A stretch of DNA of 63,443 bases, filler included, from Octopus bimaculoides (GCF_001194135.2; 5 parts of 5 records of this genome joined end to end with filler, not necessarily neighbours in it); one strand, 5' to 3'. Positions 50,406 to 62,689 are shown, counted from the whole stretch's first letter. Made by a program: numbers and translations. Notes: a model not told the origin generated them from the letters alone.

Positions 50406-50998
50406 TGGATAGGGCATTGTTTCCAATTCAAGCCTTTGGAATGTCATCCTCGCTGTATGTGGCTGAGCATTATCCAGATGGAAGAACACTTTTCATCTAG
50501 AAACCAAGGATAGTTGTTTTTCTTCTAGTGCTGTCTTGAATGACTGGTTGAATGACCAAATCCAAGCTTCTCTGCTAGTTCCTCAACAGTTTACAATGGG
50601 TTTGCAGGATGTTCTCATTGGGTGCTACAGATCTTCCAGGACAAAGCTCATCTTCTAGACTGTATTTTCTGGCTTGGAATTCCTGGAACAACTGTTGACG
50701 CTGGCTTATGCTTATTGTCCAATCCCCATATACTGCATTCATATTCCTCACACTTTCTGTTGCATTGTTTCCTTTATTGAACTCATAAAAGCAAAATATG
50801 CTGAATATACTCCTTTGTCACTTTGAAAAAATAGCTGTTAAAATCGAACTGCCCTCTTCAAAATTTGCACTAAAAAAAAGCACAAGGTAAAATTACTACC
50901 TGCACTTATAGCAAGTTGATGCTGGTAGTGTATCCTGTCCCCCTCTGACTTTTATTTTATGCAATTGAAAAAATTGCATTATTTATGGGATGACCCAA
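50405..50998 (-). mobile_element. Internally deleted mariner, 5' half with TIR
   Basis: TA followed by a TTGGGTCATCCCATAAATAATGC terminus at 50998, then EYIQHILLYEFNKGNNATESVRNMNAVYG...SLEDE..PGRS and VFFHLDNAQPHTAR. Confidence 0.88.
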
Positions 50999-51013
50999 TA
51001 TATATATATATAT

Positions 51014-51358
51014 GTTTATGTGATTAGCAGTTTGCTTTTTAACTATATGGTTCCAGTTCAGTACCATTGTTTTTCACTAGGGAAAGCATTTTCTACTAAA
51101 GCCTCAGGCTGATCAAAACCTTGTGAGTGAATCTGTTAGACAGTAACTGAATAGAGCTCATCATGTGTGTGTATGTGTGTGTATCTTTATTTGTCACCCA
51201 CCACTGCTTGACAACTAGTGTTTACTTGTTTATGTTCCTGCAACTTAGTGGCTTGGCAAAAAGAGACTCATAGAATAAGTACCAGGCTTTAAAATTTTGT
51301 ACTGGGGTTTAATTAGTTCGATTAAAAACCCTTCAAGACAGTATCCCAGTATGACTGA
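51014..51358 (+). mobile_element. Old family A-related SINE
   Basis: Family A homology. Confidence 0.8.
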
Positions 51359-51439
51359 AGATGGATGTTGGATCTAGATTTAAATTTTCTTTCCACTGAT
51401 CTAATATATGTCTTGGATGAACATGCAGAGATAAATCTA

Positions 51440-52162
51440 AATGTCTCTAGAGCAGACATGATATATTCTCCATTGTTTATTAAGCACAGGTATCAGCAAA
51501 CTATGACAATGGTTAGACAGAAACCAAGCATTAATTTGGATCAGTGGAAGAAAAATTCAAATCCAGATACATCTTTCAACCCTGAAAAGAGACATGCAGC
51601 CAACCCTCTCTGCAATAAGGATGAGAACATTAGCTTTAATATGAAGTGGAAGATCCTTTTTTAAGGCCAAACCCTTTATTAACAGATCAAAAAGATGTTC
51701 AATATGCTTACTTGGAAAACTGTAGTGTTTCAAAAATTTAAGAACCTCCTGTGACTGTGCAAATACCAGGAGTGAGATTTTTTCTTTATGTCAGCGTTTT
51801 AAAAATTCCATCTGCGTAGAAATTAAAGGTCATTCACAGGACACATTATAAACCATTCCAGTGTTGGCTTATGTTATTCTGATATCTGTAAGACACCTGT
51901 TATATTTACTGTGAAATTAATTACCTCGCCTGTGTTTCTCTGCCATTTTCAAAATGCACATGTTCATACAAACTCCGATTGCATTGAATGCTGTTACCAA
52001 GCCATCTTGTTTTGAGAGCTTGATAAATGGCAAAATATATTAATATTTCAGTTAGAAGACTCTGGGTAGCAGTATTTCACAAGGCTTGTGGTTTTTATTA
52101 TAATAATATCTTTTACACTCTTAACTGATCGAGTGCTACACTTGTTGGAACCTTACCACAGA

Positions 52163-52180
<18 letters not shown>
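51440..52180 (+). mobile_element. Penelope-like element GIY-YIG endonuclease remnant and 3' non-coding region
   Basis: SIVY*AQVS...TETKH*FGSVEEKFKSRY / SFNPEKRH..KDENISFNMKWKIL / KAKPFINRSKRCSICLLGK...NTRSEIFSLC. Probably the same element as the RT at 49945. Confidence 0.85.
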
Positions 52181-52200
<20 letters not shown>

Positions 52201-52202
<2 letters not shown>

Positions 52203-52404
52203 GAGAATTTACGAAAAAAACAACAGACGAAGACAGGTGGTGTAAACAACAAATGGATGTATTAGTTTAATGCTCGGGAATTGAGAAAGTTTTTGACGTT
52301 TCGAGCTACGCTCTTCAACTGAAAGGAATACAAAAAGAAATAAGGAGAGAAACAAGGAGAAAAAATATATAAATGTCGTGGTCAGCGATTTATCATGGCG
52401 AATA
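52201..52404 (-). mobile_element. PLE pLTR-type repeat with variant HHR motif (52290-52326)
   Basis: CCUUU-CAGUUGA-A-GAGC-GUA-GCUC-GAA-ACGU-C-AAAAA. Closely homologous to 61176-61370. Confidence 0.7.
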
Positions 52405-52450
52405 NNNNNNNNNNNNNNNNNNNNNNNNNNNNNNNNNNNNNNNNNNNNNN

Positions 52451-53235
52451 AGAAGTCAGTCTAGATTGGTCAATCATAATGGAAACCACACCATATAAGA
52501 AACACAAAAAATTGCAATTTATGCATGAGGGAGGTGATCCACATAATCCGTGCCAACTAAAATAGCTTACTTAATAAGATATCTGATGTCATAATTACCT
52601 GTAGACATAAATATGTTTCAACTTTTAAATTCTTCCCCCAAAATAATTAGCCTATAGGATCCTAATCTAGCCACCCTTTACATTATGGATTCTTCTTAAA
52701 ATACTATTATATATAGCTTCATAATGTGCCTTAACCTGCAATTTTAATTTTAATTATATCATCTGCATGAAGAGTATGGTTTGACAAAACAATCATTTTT
52801 TAAAAATTCTCAAACCTCTCATATCTCTTAAAATTTTAACAACTCTTTGAATCCCTTAACTCTCATGAGAGAAGTATAGATAACTCCTATGGTTGAAGTT
52901 AGCTAGTCCATACCAACCTACATCTTCTTGAAATGGCTGTAAGATTTTGTACTTATTCAGGGTTCCTCATGAATTGTCTTATACTAACTTTCTAATCTAC
53001 CCCTCCCATTGATTCTAATACGGACATTTGGACCTCACAAATACATCTATGTATTTATATTTATGTTTATATATTTATAAATCTTCGTATATGTGTTTAT
53101 AAACTTTTTTTTATCATGTCTCATGTATGTGAACACATCTTTGTATATTGTATATTGTGGACCATTTTGATAATTTGAAATGAATTGAATGAATATATAC
53201 ACCGACCTCTAAAATTTGCTTCTCACCTTCTTAAT
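52451..53235 (+). mobile_element. Second Penelope-like element: GIY-YIG C-terminus and pLTR
   Basis: LDWSIIMETTPYKKHKNCNLCMREVIHIIRAN*NSLLNKISDVIITCRHK matches the PLE endonuclease end (W.I...PY....CNLC..EK..I.....LLNKRSE....CRH). A decayed HHR follows at 52858-52947. Confidence 0.85.
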
Positions 53236-53642
53236 TATATATATATAAATAGATAAATATATATATATAAATATATNNNNNNNNNNNNNNNNNNNNNNNN
53301 NNNNNNNNNNNNNNNNNNNNTTAATTAATTAANNNNNNNNNNNNNNNNNNNNNNNNNNNNNNNNNNNNNNNNNNNNCACATATACACGTGTACGTTTCCC
53401 CCCATAAACAGGTATACACCTGAAGCTCACAAGCACACTAGCCCACGCGAGCCCATACATACACACACACATACATACACACATATATACATACATCATA
53501 CATGCATGCATACACACATACATAATACATACATACATACATACATACATATGCACACATACATATATACATACGTACACACACATACATACATACATAC
53601 ACACACACATACATACATACAAACATACATACACACACACAT

Positions 53643-53673
<31 letters not shown>

Positions 53674-54346
53674 TACATATATGCATGCATACACATACAT
53701 AATACATACATACATACATACATACACACACATACATACATACATACACACACACATACATACATACATGCATACATACATACATACATACACACATACA
53801 TACACATAGATAGATAGATAGATAAATACATACATACATACATACATACATGCCCCACCAACGCATAGATATGAATTCGAACTCCCCAACATTTACTAAT
53901 ACACGCACACACACACACACACACACACACTGAAGTANNNNNNNNNNNNNNNNNNNNNNNNNNNNNNNNNNNNNNNNNNNNNNNNNNNNNNNNNNNNNNN
54001 NNNNNNNNNNNNNNNNNNNNNNNNNNNNNNNNNNNNNGTTTCTAACCTAGATCCAATGTTCCTTCATTGGAATTTCAACATCAACAATAGGGTATTTTCG
54101 CTTGTTTGTATGTATGTATGTATGTATGTATGTATGTATGTATGTATGTATGTATGTTTGTATGTATGTATGTATGTATGTTTGTGTATGTATGTGTGCA
54201 TGATGTATATGTGTGTATGTACGTATGTATATATATGGATGTGTGTATGTTTGTGTGCATGTATATGTGTGTGTATGTATGTGTATGCATATATGTATGT
54301 GTATATGAATATGCATATACACATACACATAGCCCGGCGAACTAAC

Positions 54347-54578
54347 GTTTCTTATTTCTTGCACACAAGGGGCTAAACATAGAGGGGACAAACAAGGACA
54401 AAGGGATTAAGTCGATTACATCGACCTCAGCGCGTAACTGGTACTTAATTTATCGACCCCGAAAGGTTGAAAGGCAAAGTCGACCTCGGCGGAATTTGAA
54501 CTCAGAACGTAACGGCAGACGAAATACTGCTAAGCATTTCGCCCGGCATGCTAACGTTTCTGTCAGCTCGCGGCCTTC
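54347..54578 (-). mobile_element. SINE family B, full length
   Basis: Family B head, central domain and tail. Confidence 0.93.
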
Positions 54579-54957
54579 GCAGCAATAAATATGGACAAAT
54601 ATACAATGCACACATTTCTAGGCTCACATACGTCTACAATAAACATATGAGGAAACACAGAGAAATATTATGGACCAAATCCCATGTAATAAAATCTGTT
54701 CGCTTTCTAGCTAGGCCCAATCACAGAGCCTAGCTCTGTCTCTGCGTCTTTTACAACTGCCACGGTTTTTGGCTACACATGTTGATTCATTGATTCTACC
54801 AAAAACATCACTGTCATTACCATCACCACCACCACCATCACCTCCACTACTGCTGCCGCCACCACCACCATCACTTCAAACACCGTCACCACTACCATAA
54901 CTACTATCAAAATTACTATTTTTTAACATGAAAATAAAAAACTTTTACCAACTTTAT

Positions 54958-55373
54958 AGGCGCAGGAGTGGCTGTGTGGTAAGGAATCTGTTTTCCAACC
55001 ATATGGTTTTGGGTTCAGTTCCACTGCATGGCACCTTGGGCAAGTGTCTTCTACTATAGTCTCGGGGTGAACCAAAGCCTTTGTGAGTGGATTTGGTAGA
55101 CGGAAACTGAAAGAAGCCTGTCGTATAAATGTATATATACGTGTATGTGCGTGTGTGTCTTTGTGTCTGTGTTTGTCCCCTCACCCACCGCTTGACAAGC
55201 GGTGTTGATGTGTTTATGTACCTGTAACCTAGAGGTTCGGCAAAAAAAATCCGATAGAATAAGTACAGGCTTTAAAAAAATAAATATGGAGGCGATTCAT
55301 TCGACCCAAAAAATTTCTAAGCACTGCTTCAACATGGCCGCAGACAAATGACTGAAACAAGTAAAAGATAAAA
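54958..55373 (+). mobile_element. SINE family A variant, full length
   Basis: Family A homology. Confidence 0.9.
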
Positions 55374-55761
55374 GGTAACTCCTTTCGAATCCCTTCCTTT
55401 CTTATAACTGAGACTCTATTCTGACAACTCCACTCTGTCTTTCTTCCATTCATTAACCGATGATACCGTTTCAATTTAATCAATCTTACTAAAAACTATA
55501 AATATAAAGATAGGCAAAGTAGATATGGTAGCTACATGTAAGATATGTGGTACTAGAATATTGACACACAAACACACACACACACAATAAAAAATGTTAA
55601 ACATTCGAAAATTAGAATCGTAAAATGAGAGCAATTTAAATTCAATTTAATTCATTTTGCTGTCATTGTATCTTTACAAACATTTCTGTAGCTCAGGCAG
55701 CAATAGTAATTGATATGTTTTTAAAACTTATTTTGAAACAAAATTAAAATAACTTATAGTA

Positions 55762-55970
55762 TAGTGGTTCGCTACCTGGGTGCGCGGACCTTTGGTAGTC
55801 CGCAAAGGTAGTACAGGGGACCGAGAACTAAATTCTAACCACATGGTTTAGGGTTTAGTCTCACTGTGTGGCATCTTGGGCAAGTGTATTCCATTATAGC
55901 CTCGGGCCGACCAAAGCCTTATGAGTGGATTTCGTAGACAGAGACTGAAAGAAGCCCGTCGTATGTGTAT
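55762..55970 (+). mobile_element. hAT-like terminal fragment (55762-55825) fused to a family A SINE fragment
   Basis: tagtggttc...gcggacc...gtccgc resembles the 8906 MITE terminus; family A homology from about 55828. Confidence 0.55.
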
Positions 55971-56228
55971 GTGTGTTTGCGTGTCTGTATTTATACCATA
56001 GCATAAGCCAAGAAAGGAACCTAGCTAGAAAAATTAGCCAAATCTCCCTCATATCATACACCACGTCCTTAAAACGGATAATTGGATATAATGTGGTCCT
56101 GGGTTGTCAATGTGTAGGAAAAAGACGAGATAGTCACGGCTGGAAGTTTATTTTTCATCATTGGTCTGCTCAATCAGAGCTAACCAAGAACCGAACTACG
56201 ACAACAGCAACAACTACTGCTGCTGCTG

Positions 56229-56261
<33 letters not shown>

Positions 56262-56795
56262 TACTCTTTTACTTGTTTCAGTCATTTGACTGCGGCCATG
56301 CTGGAGCACCGCCTTTAGTCGAGCAAATCGACCCCAGGACTTTGTTAGCCTAGTACTTATTCTATCGGTCTNNNNNNNNNNNNNNNNNNNNNNNNNNNNN
56401 NNNNNNNNNNNNNNNNNNNNNNNNNNNNNNNNNNNNNNNNNNNNNNNNNNNNNNNNNNNNNNNNNNNNNNNNNNNNNNNNNNNNNNNNNNNNNNNNNNNN
56501 NNNNNNNNNNNNNNNNNNNNNNNNNNNNNNNNNNNNNNNNNNNNNNNNNNNNNNNNNNNNNNNNNNNNNNNNNNNNNNNNNNNNNNNNNNNNNNNNNNNN
56601 NNNNNNNNNNNNNNNNNNNNNNNNATATATATATATATACGACAGGCTTCTTTCAGTTTCCGTCTACCAAATCCACTCAGAAGGCTTTGGTCGGCCCGAG
56701 GCTATAGTAGAAGACACTTGCACAAGGTGCCACACAGTGGGACTGAACCCTGAACCATGTGGTTGGTAAGCAAGCTACTTACCACACAGCCACTC
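56262..56795 (-). mobile_element. SINE family A, full length, gapped
   Basis: 3' half at 56262-56371 and 5' half at 56626-56795. Confidence 0.9.
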
Positions 56796-57519
56796 AAACA
56801 CAAGGTTCGTTATGATGACAATACTGTAAGACAGATAAGGTGGTGGTGGTGATGGCGGTAGCGACGGAGGCGGCGGTAGCGACGGAGGCGGCGGAGACGA
56901 CAACGACGACGACGATGACGACGACGATGATTACGGTGATGAAAGAAGACGAGGATGAAGGCGAGTGAGGATAATCATCGTTTTTATTATCATGCATATC
57001 ATCGTCGTCGTTGCCGTTAATTTGGTCGACACCATTCTCTTCCTCCTCCTCTTCCACTTCCGCCCCTCTTCACCTTCATCTTCGTCTATCTATATTCAGA
57101 ATGTTGGTTCTAGTTAGAGCAGGAAAGCAAAACTGTCTTATATTATTACTCAGCCATTAGATTAGGTAAGAATATCTTCGTGAATAGAGAAAATTTACTT
57201 GATTGCAATAAAACAATGAGTTGGATGTTTTAAACCAACCAGGCTACAAGAGAATGGATCACAGATCTGGTTTTGTGATGAGTGAATAGAGAATAAATGA
57301 TGGCGTCGAATAAAAAAAAAAGGTAACAAAAAAAAAAAGAAAGAAAGAAAGAACGAGAAAAAAAGGTGGGAAGATTGTGATAGACAGAGTTAAAGATAGA
57401 TAAAGAATAAAGATAGATATAAAGACTCGCATAAAGACACACTTATACATACACACATGCACACATTCATATATATGCATATATGCACGCACACACACAC
57501 ATATATGAATGTGTATGTG

Positions 57520-57577
<58 letters not shown>

Positions 57578-58060
57578 ACGTTATGTTGGTAGTAATGAAC
57601 TGGAGAAAGAGCATTACGCATATACACACACATACACATTCACATGAATACACATTCACACATGAACAGATCTATGTTAGTAAAATACATATATACGCTG
57701 AAAAATTGACGCGCACATGCTATACAGCTATANNNNNNNNNNNNNNNNNNNNNNNNNNNNNNNNNNNNNNNNNNNNNNNNNNNNNNNNNNNNNNNNNNNN
57801 NNNNNNNNNNNNNNNNNNNNNNNNNNNNNNNNNNNNNNNNNNNNNNNNNNNNNNNNNNNNNNNNNNNNNNNNNNNNNNNNNNNNNNNNNNNNNNNNNNNN
57901 NNNNNNNNNNNNNNNNNNNNNNNNNNNNNNNNNNNNNNNNNNNNNNNNNNNNNNNNNNNNNNNNNNNNNNNNNNNNNNNNNNNNNNNNNNNNTGTGTGTA
58001 CGTATATGTATATATATATACATGTATGTAAATACGTATATGTGTATATATGTATACACG

Positions 58061-58129
<69 letters not shown>

Positions 58130-59127
58130 CATATGTATATGTATATATATATATATATATACATACATATACCTACATATATATATGGGGGTGGCGAATA
58201 TGTGTGAGTGTGTATGTGTACATATAAATATATATGTACAAATGCATATATAGAAATATGCAATGTGAGAATATATATATATATATGTATATACATATAC
58301 ACACACACACACACAAACGCATGCCAACATACCTACAATGTATATACACACATATACACACATGTATACACGTACATGTGTATGTATGTATATGCTAATC
58401 AACAAGTAGGCAATGACAAGGTGTGGAGCGGTGGTGTGGCGGTGCGGTAGGGATGAATACAAAACGACTGATTGTCTTTCAACCGTTAGTTCAGTAGGCA
58501 AAAAAAAAAAAAAGAGAGAAATAAATAAGAAACACGAAAAAGCGAAAAGAAAAAGAAATAAAAAAAATTCACTGCAAGAAAAGAAATGAAAATGAAGAAA
58601 AAGAAATAAGAACGAAATCACAATCAAAACCCAAAGAAAAAATACCAGAAAATGTGAAGAAAAAGAAAGAAAAATTGATAGCGAAAGATATTAAGAAGAA
58701 CGTCCGCCTGTCAGATCTCATTAAGCAACATTCAGACGACAAATTCACTGTCATAGAATAGTCTTTTATCTATTGGTCGAAGATAGTAAAATAAAGATAA
58801 TCAAGAATATGTAAAAGAAAGATCGATTGAGAAGTGAGAATACATTTTGGTTCCTTTGTTCTTTTCTTCGTTTCTGTTATTCATTTATTATTATTTTTAT
58901 TATTATTTTTCCTTCATTTTATTGTTTCTCGCTCTTTTTTTTTTGGTCTTTCTTTTTTTATTTTGTATTTATTATTTTTTTATTTTCTTCTTTGAAAATA
59001 TTCTTTCGTTCCTTCCTGTTTCTTGTTTTTGTTTTTACCTATCTTCCCCCACTTCCATGTTTGATATAATGGCGGAAAGTTAAATAAATAGATGAATAAC
59101 TAAATAAATAAATAAATAAATAGACTT

Positions 59128-59182
<55 letters not shown>

Positions 59183-59619
59183 TAGTTGGTTGACTGGTTA
59201 AACGGGTAAGAGAATGATAGAGAGTATGAGTGAAGAAGAGAGAGACAGAGAGCGAGAGAGACAGAGAGCGAGAGAGAGAGAGATATTTTGAAAAAGGCTA
59301 TCTTAATAAGGAACAGGAAATAGACGACAATAAAACGGCAAAAGATTTTTTTAAAAAACCGGTATGATTATTGTGGGAACATCTATGATCTATAATCGAT
59401 AAGGTTGGACTTTAGACTAAATAAAAGCACTATGAAGCCATTTTCATGGCATCGTGGTGCTATTGTTGTACCGTCCCAAATGTTTTTGAACTTTTTGGCT
59501 AATAAAAGAGATGATGATGATGAGGATGATGATGATGATGATGATGTTGATGATGATGATGATGATGATGATGAGGAGGAGGAGGAGGAGGAGGAGGAGG
59601 AGGATATCAATAAGGTTTA

Positions 59620-59784
59620 GGTATAGGCATGGCTGTGAGGTTAACAGGCTCGCATTGCAATACTACGAGGTTTCGATTTCAGTCACATTGGGCAGCACCT
59701 TGAGCAAGTGTCTTCTACTTAGCCCTGGACCGACCCAATGTCTTGTGAATGAATTTGGTGAACGGAAACTGTATTGAAGCCCAT

Positions 59785-59818
<34 letters not shown>

Positions 59819-60236
59819 TTTGTGTTTAAGTTCGTTCCTCGACCATGCTGTATGGGGATCGGCATGCTGCAAAGGATAGACCTAACGTTTTTTGTGTCGT
59901 AAAACGCGACTAAACGACGTTGAGGTAGGACCTGCACATGAACCCCGTAAACGCTTCACCAACAACGACTCCCCAAACAGACCCAACTAAATTGGGTTGG
60001 AAGGTTACCTGCAGGGTGCAAAGGTGTCATCCACCAGGAATAAGGAGACACCAACAAAAGGTGGATGCAGCGACGCGCTGCAACAGCTCATTCCCCCACC
60101 CTGCATCTGACCTGATCTACCTGACAATCTGTGCTGGTTTGCTTATGTTTCCATAACTTAGCAGTTCGCTAAAAGCCACCGATAGAATAAGAACCAGATT
60201 TTATAAAAATAAGTCTTGGGTCAATTTGTTCCTCTA
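59620..60236 (+). mobile_element. Old family A SINE split by a ~280-bp insert (59841-60118)
   Basis: The 5' half ends at ...gttcgttcctc and the 3' half resumes at ctacctgacaatctgtgctggtttg. Confidence 0.75.
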
Positions 60237-60239
60237 AAC

Positions 60240-60550
60240 CAGAAGTTCTCAACCATCTTTTTTTTTTTAATCTATGGACACCCTCTGATTACTATTTTGT
60301 TCTGGTTGACCCCATAGCCACTCGATGTTTAAAAACTTGTTGTATACATACTTCTTTCAAAATTCCTATCTTGTTTCTCACACCTTAACTTGTGTAGGTT
60401 GAACAATGTAAAATATTAGAGAAAGAAACCAAGCTGTTTCTTGCAATATACACCAATACATACACCTAAAGCAAATTTTTTTTAGAGGCCCTTAAAATAC
60501 TATCGTGAATTGCCAATTTACTAATTTGTTACGTGGGCCCTCCAAAATCT
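60240..60550 (+). mobile_element. hAT-like MITE remnant
   Basis: 5' terminus cagaagttctcaacc; body homologous to 35432-35940. Confidence 0.6.
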
Positions 60551-60989
60551 AGCGGATGTGATATCCCCGGGACCATGGCAATTATAGTTTTCCTTTTACG
60601 TGATACATTGCTAAACAGCTACCTAGTTTAATTATTTGTATATATATATATAAGCGATTCGCTAAATCAGCCATAGATTTCTATGGAGTAGACGTACACA
60701 CCACTGGCGATCTTCTCCGGAAACTGGCCGGCCCTGCTGATGAGTACTTCGGTCTTAAAGCAGAATCCGCTGACGGTCCAGGGTCCAGGGATATCACGAT
60801 TGCCACTTTCGGTCGTTTACGGTCACTGTCAGTATGTATGTATACGATTGTGTGCATTGACTGCAGCATCAGAGCACTTTAGCTCTTATTTCTAGCATTA
60901 TCGGTGCTCTAACACCCTCTGTCATATTTAATGACAATTATAGTTTTCCTTTTTAGTGATACATTGCTAAACAGCTGCCTTATTTAATT

Positions 60990-61160
60990 ATTATTCAATA
61001 TATATATATTATTCAATATATAATATATATATATTATTCAATATATAATATATATATATTATTCAATATATAATATATATATTATTCAATGTATATATAT
61101 ATTATTCAATGTATATATATATATTATTCAATGATATATATAAATACATATTATTCAATG
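60990..61160. repeat. AT-rich minisatellite (tatatatattattcaa)n
   Basis: Visible in sequence. Confidence 0.85.
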
Positions 61161-61175
61161 TACATATATATATAT

Positions 61176-61370
61176 GGGAGAATTTGCGAAAAAAACAACA
61201 GACGAAGACAAGTGGTGTAAACAACAAATGGATGTATTAGTTTAACGCTCGGGAATAGAGAAAGTCTTTGACGCTTCGAGCCTACGCTATTCAACTGAAA
61301 GAAACACAGAAAGAAATAAGGAGAGAAACAAGGAGAAAAAAATATAAATGTAGTGGTCAGCGATCTATCA
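61176..61370 (-). mobile_element. PLE pLTR-type repeat with variant HHR motif (61265-61302)
   Basis: UCUUU-CAGUUGA-A-UAGC-GUAG-GCUC-GAA-GCGU-C-AAAGA. Homologous to 52201-52404. Confidence 0.7.
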
Positions 61371-62689
61371 TATATACATAAGCGATCTATATATATATAT
61401 ATATATATATACATAAGTAAATCAAGAATAAAAACAAAAATAGGAAAAACAACAAAAGNNNNNNNNNNTTACGTGGCTGAAAAATAACTGACCGGAAGTG
61501 GTGAAAGATAGATAAAGTAGTTTTTGAAAGCAGGAGAGTGCGAAAATGGCCAGTGTGTGTGTGTGGTGATATCTATGTGCGTGTGTGTGTGCGTGTGTGT
61601 GTGTGTGTGCGTGTGTGCGTGTGTGTGTGGGTGTGGTGATATCCGTGTCCGTGTGTGTTTGTGCTTATGTGAGTCATGTGTGTATAGGAGTGGAGCGAAC
61701 AGGTTAGTAGACGAGAGGTGTGTGGTGTGTACGTATGTGTGTGTGCATGTATGTTTGCATATGTGAGTGTGTATGTGTTTGTGTGTCGGTGTTGGTGTGG
61801 GTGAAGAGTTTTGTACATGCTAGGATATGCAAACGTGTGTGTGCGTGTGCGAGCGTGGTAGATATGTACGTAGAATGTGGGGTATGTGGGATATGTAAGT
61901 TATATATATGGATGTATGAAAGTGTGTGGAAGATAATCAAACAAATTTCAATTAAAAAAATTAAGAATTTAGAAAATTAAAAAGAATAAATATTAAAATA
62001 AAGTTTTTAAAAATTAAATAAAAATTAATTAAAAATTAATTTGATAAATTAAATTGAGTTTAAATTTAATTTTAAAAAATTAAAATTAAATTTAAAAATT
62101 AATTAAAATAAAAAAAACAGCAAATTAGAAATAATTAAAACAAAAAATTTTCAAGATTAAAATTAAAAAGATGAAAGATAAAATAAAATGATAAAAAAGG
62201 GAAATGAAGGTTGTAAGTTGTTACAGGAAAGAGATGGGTGTTAAGTCGAAACGTTGTATGATTTGAAAGAGTGAAAATGTAGCGTTGTTCTTGACGAAGT
62301 CTAGTGGCGGAGGTTCTCATTTAGTCGTACTGAATATACTTGTGCTTTAGAGTAAAGCGTTAGGAAAGCACAAACCAAAAGAACATGACTTATGTAATTA
62401 CCATCACTTTACAGCTGTTTCTCTTACAAGACAACACAGTTAGAGCTGCGTGCATGTGCAACATTTTATAGCTTCCTCAGGACCGTTATAAAGATATTAT
62501 ATAAGTATAAATATATAAGTATATAATTCTCCTCTTCGTGCACGCTGTTTATGATGTTCGTAAGTTCTTGTTTGCAATTCGAGGTTTCACATCATTTCCG
62601 TGATGGGAGCTTCTCTTTTTCTTTGAATTTGGTAAGCAAGTTACTTATCACACAGGCGAAGAACTCTGTTTCCATAGTAACCAAAGATG

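Noticed and set aside
51980-52100. HHR in the 3' region of the first PLE
   Set aside because: Only a CAAGCC/GGCTTG pairing is visible; the core could not be reconstructed by eye.
60023-60066. HDV-like ribozyme or telomerase-RNA pseudoknot
   Set aside because: There is no P1.1/P4/J4-2 arrangement, and no U-rich loop in the position needed for base triples on the strand with the A-rich loop.
60734-60763. CTGATGAG-TAC-TTCG-GTC-TTAAA as a hammerhead
   Set aside because: GAAA is replaced by TAAA, stem II is imperfect, and there is no helix III or cleavage-site stem I.
61492-61501. ETS motif ACCGGAAGTG (also ~24473) as a promoter
   Set aside because: These are isolated short motifs with no CpG island or downstream gene evidence.
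61955-62200. Nearly pure A/T tract as an origin or matrix-attachment site
   Set aside because: It is low-complexity sequence with no independent support and may be low-quality read sequence.
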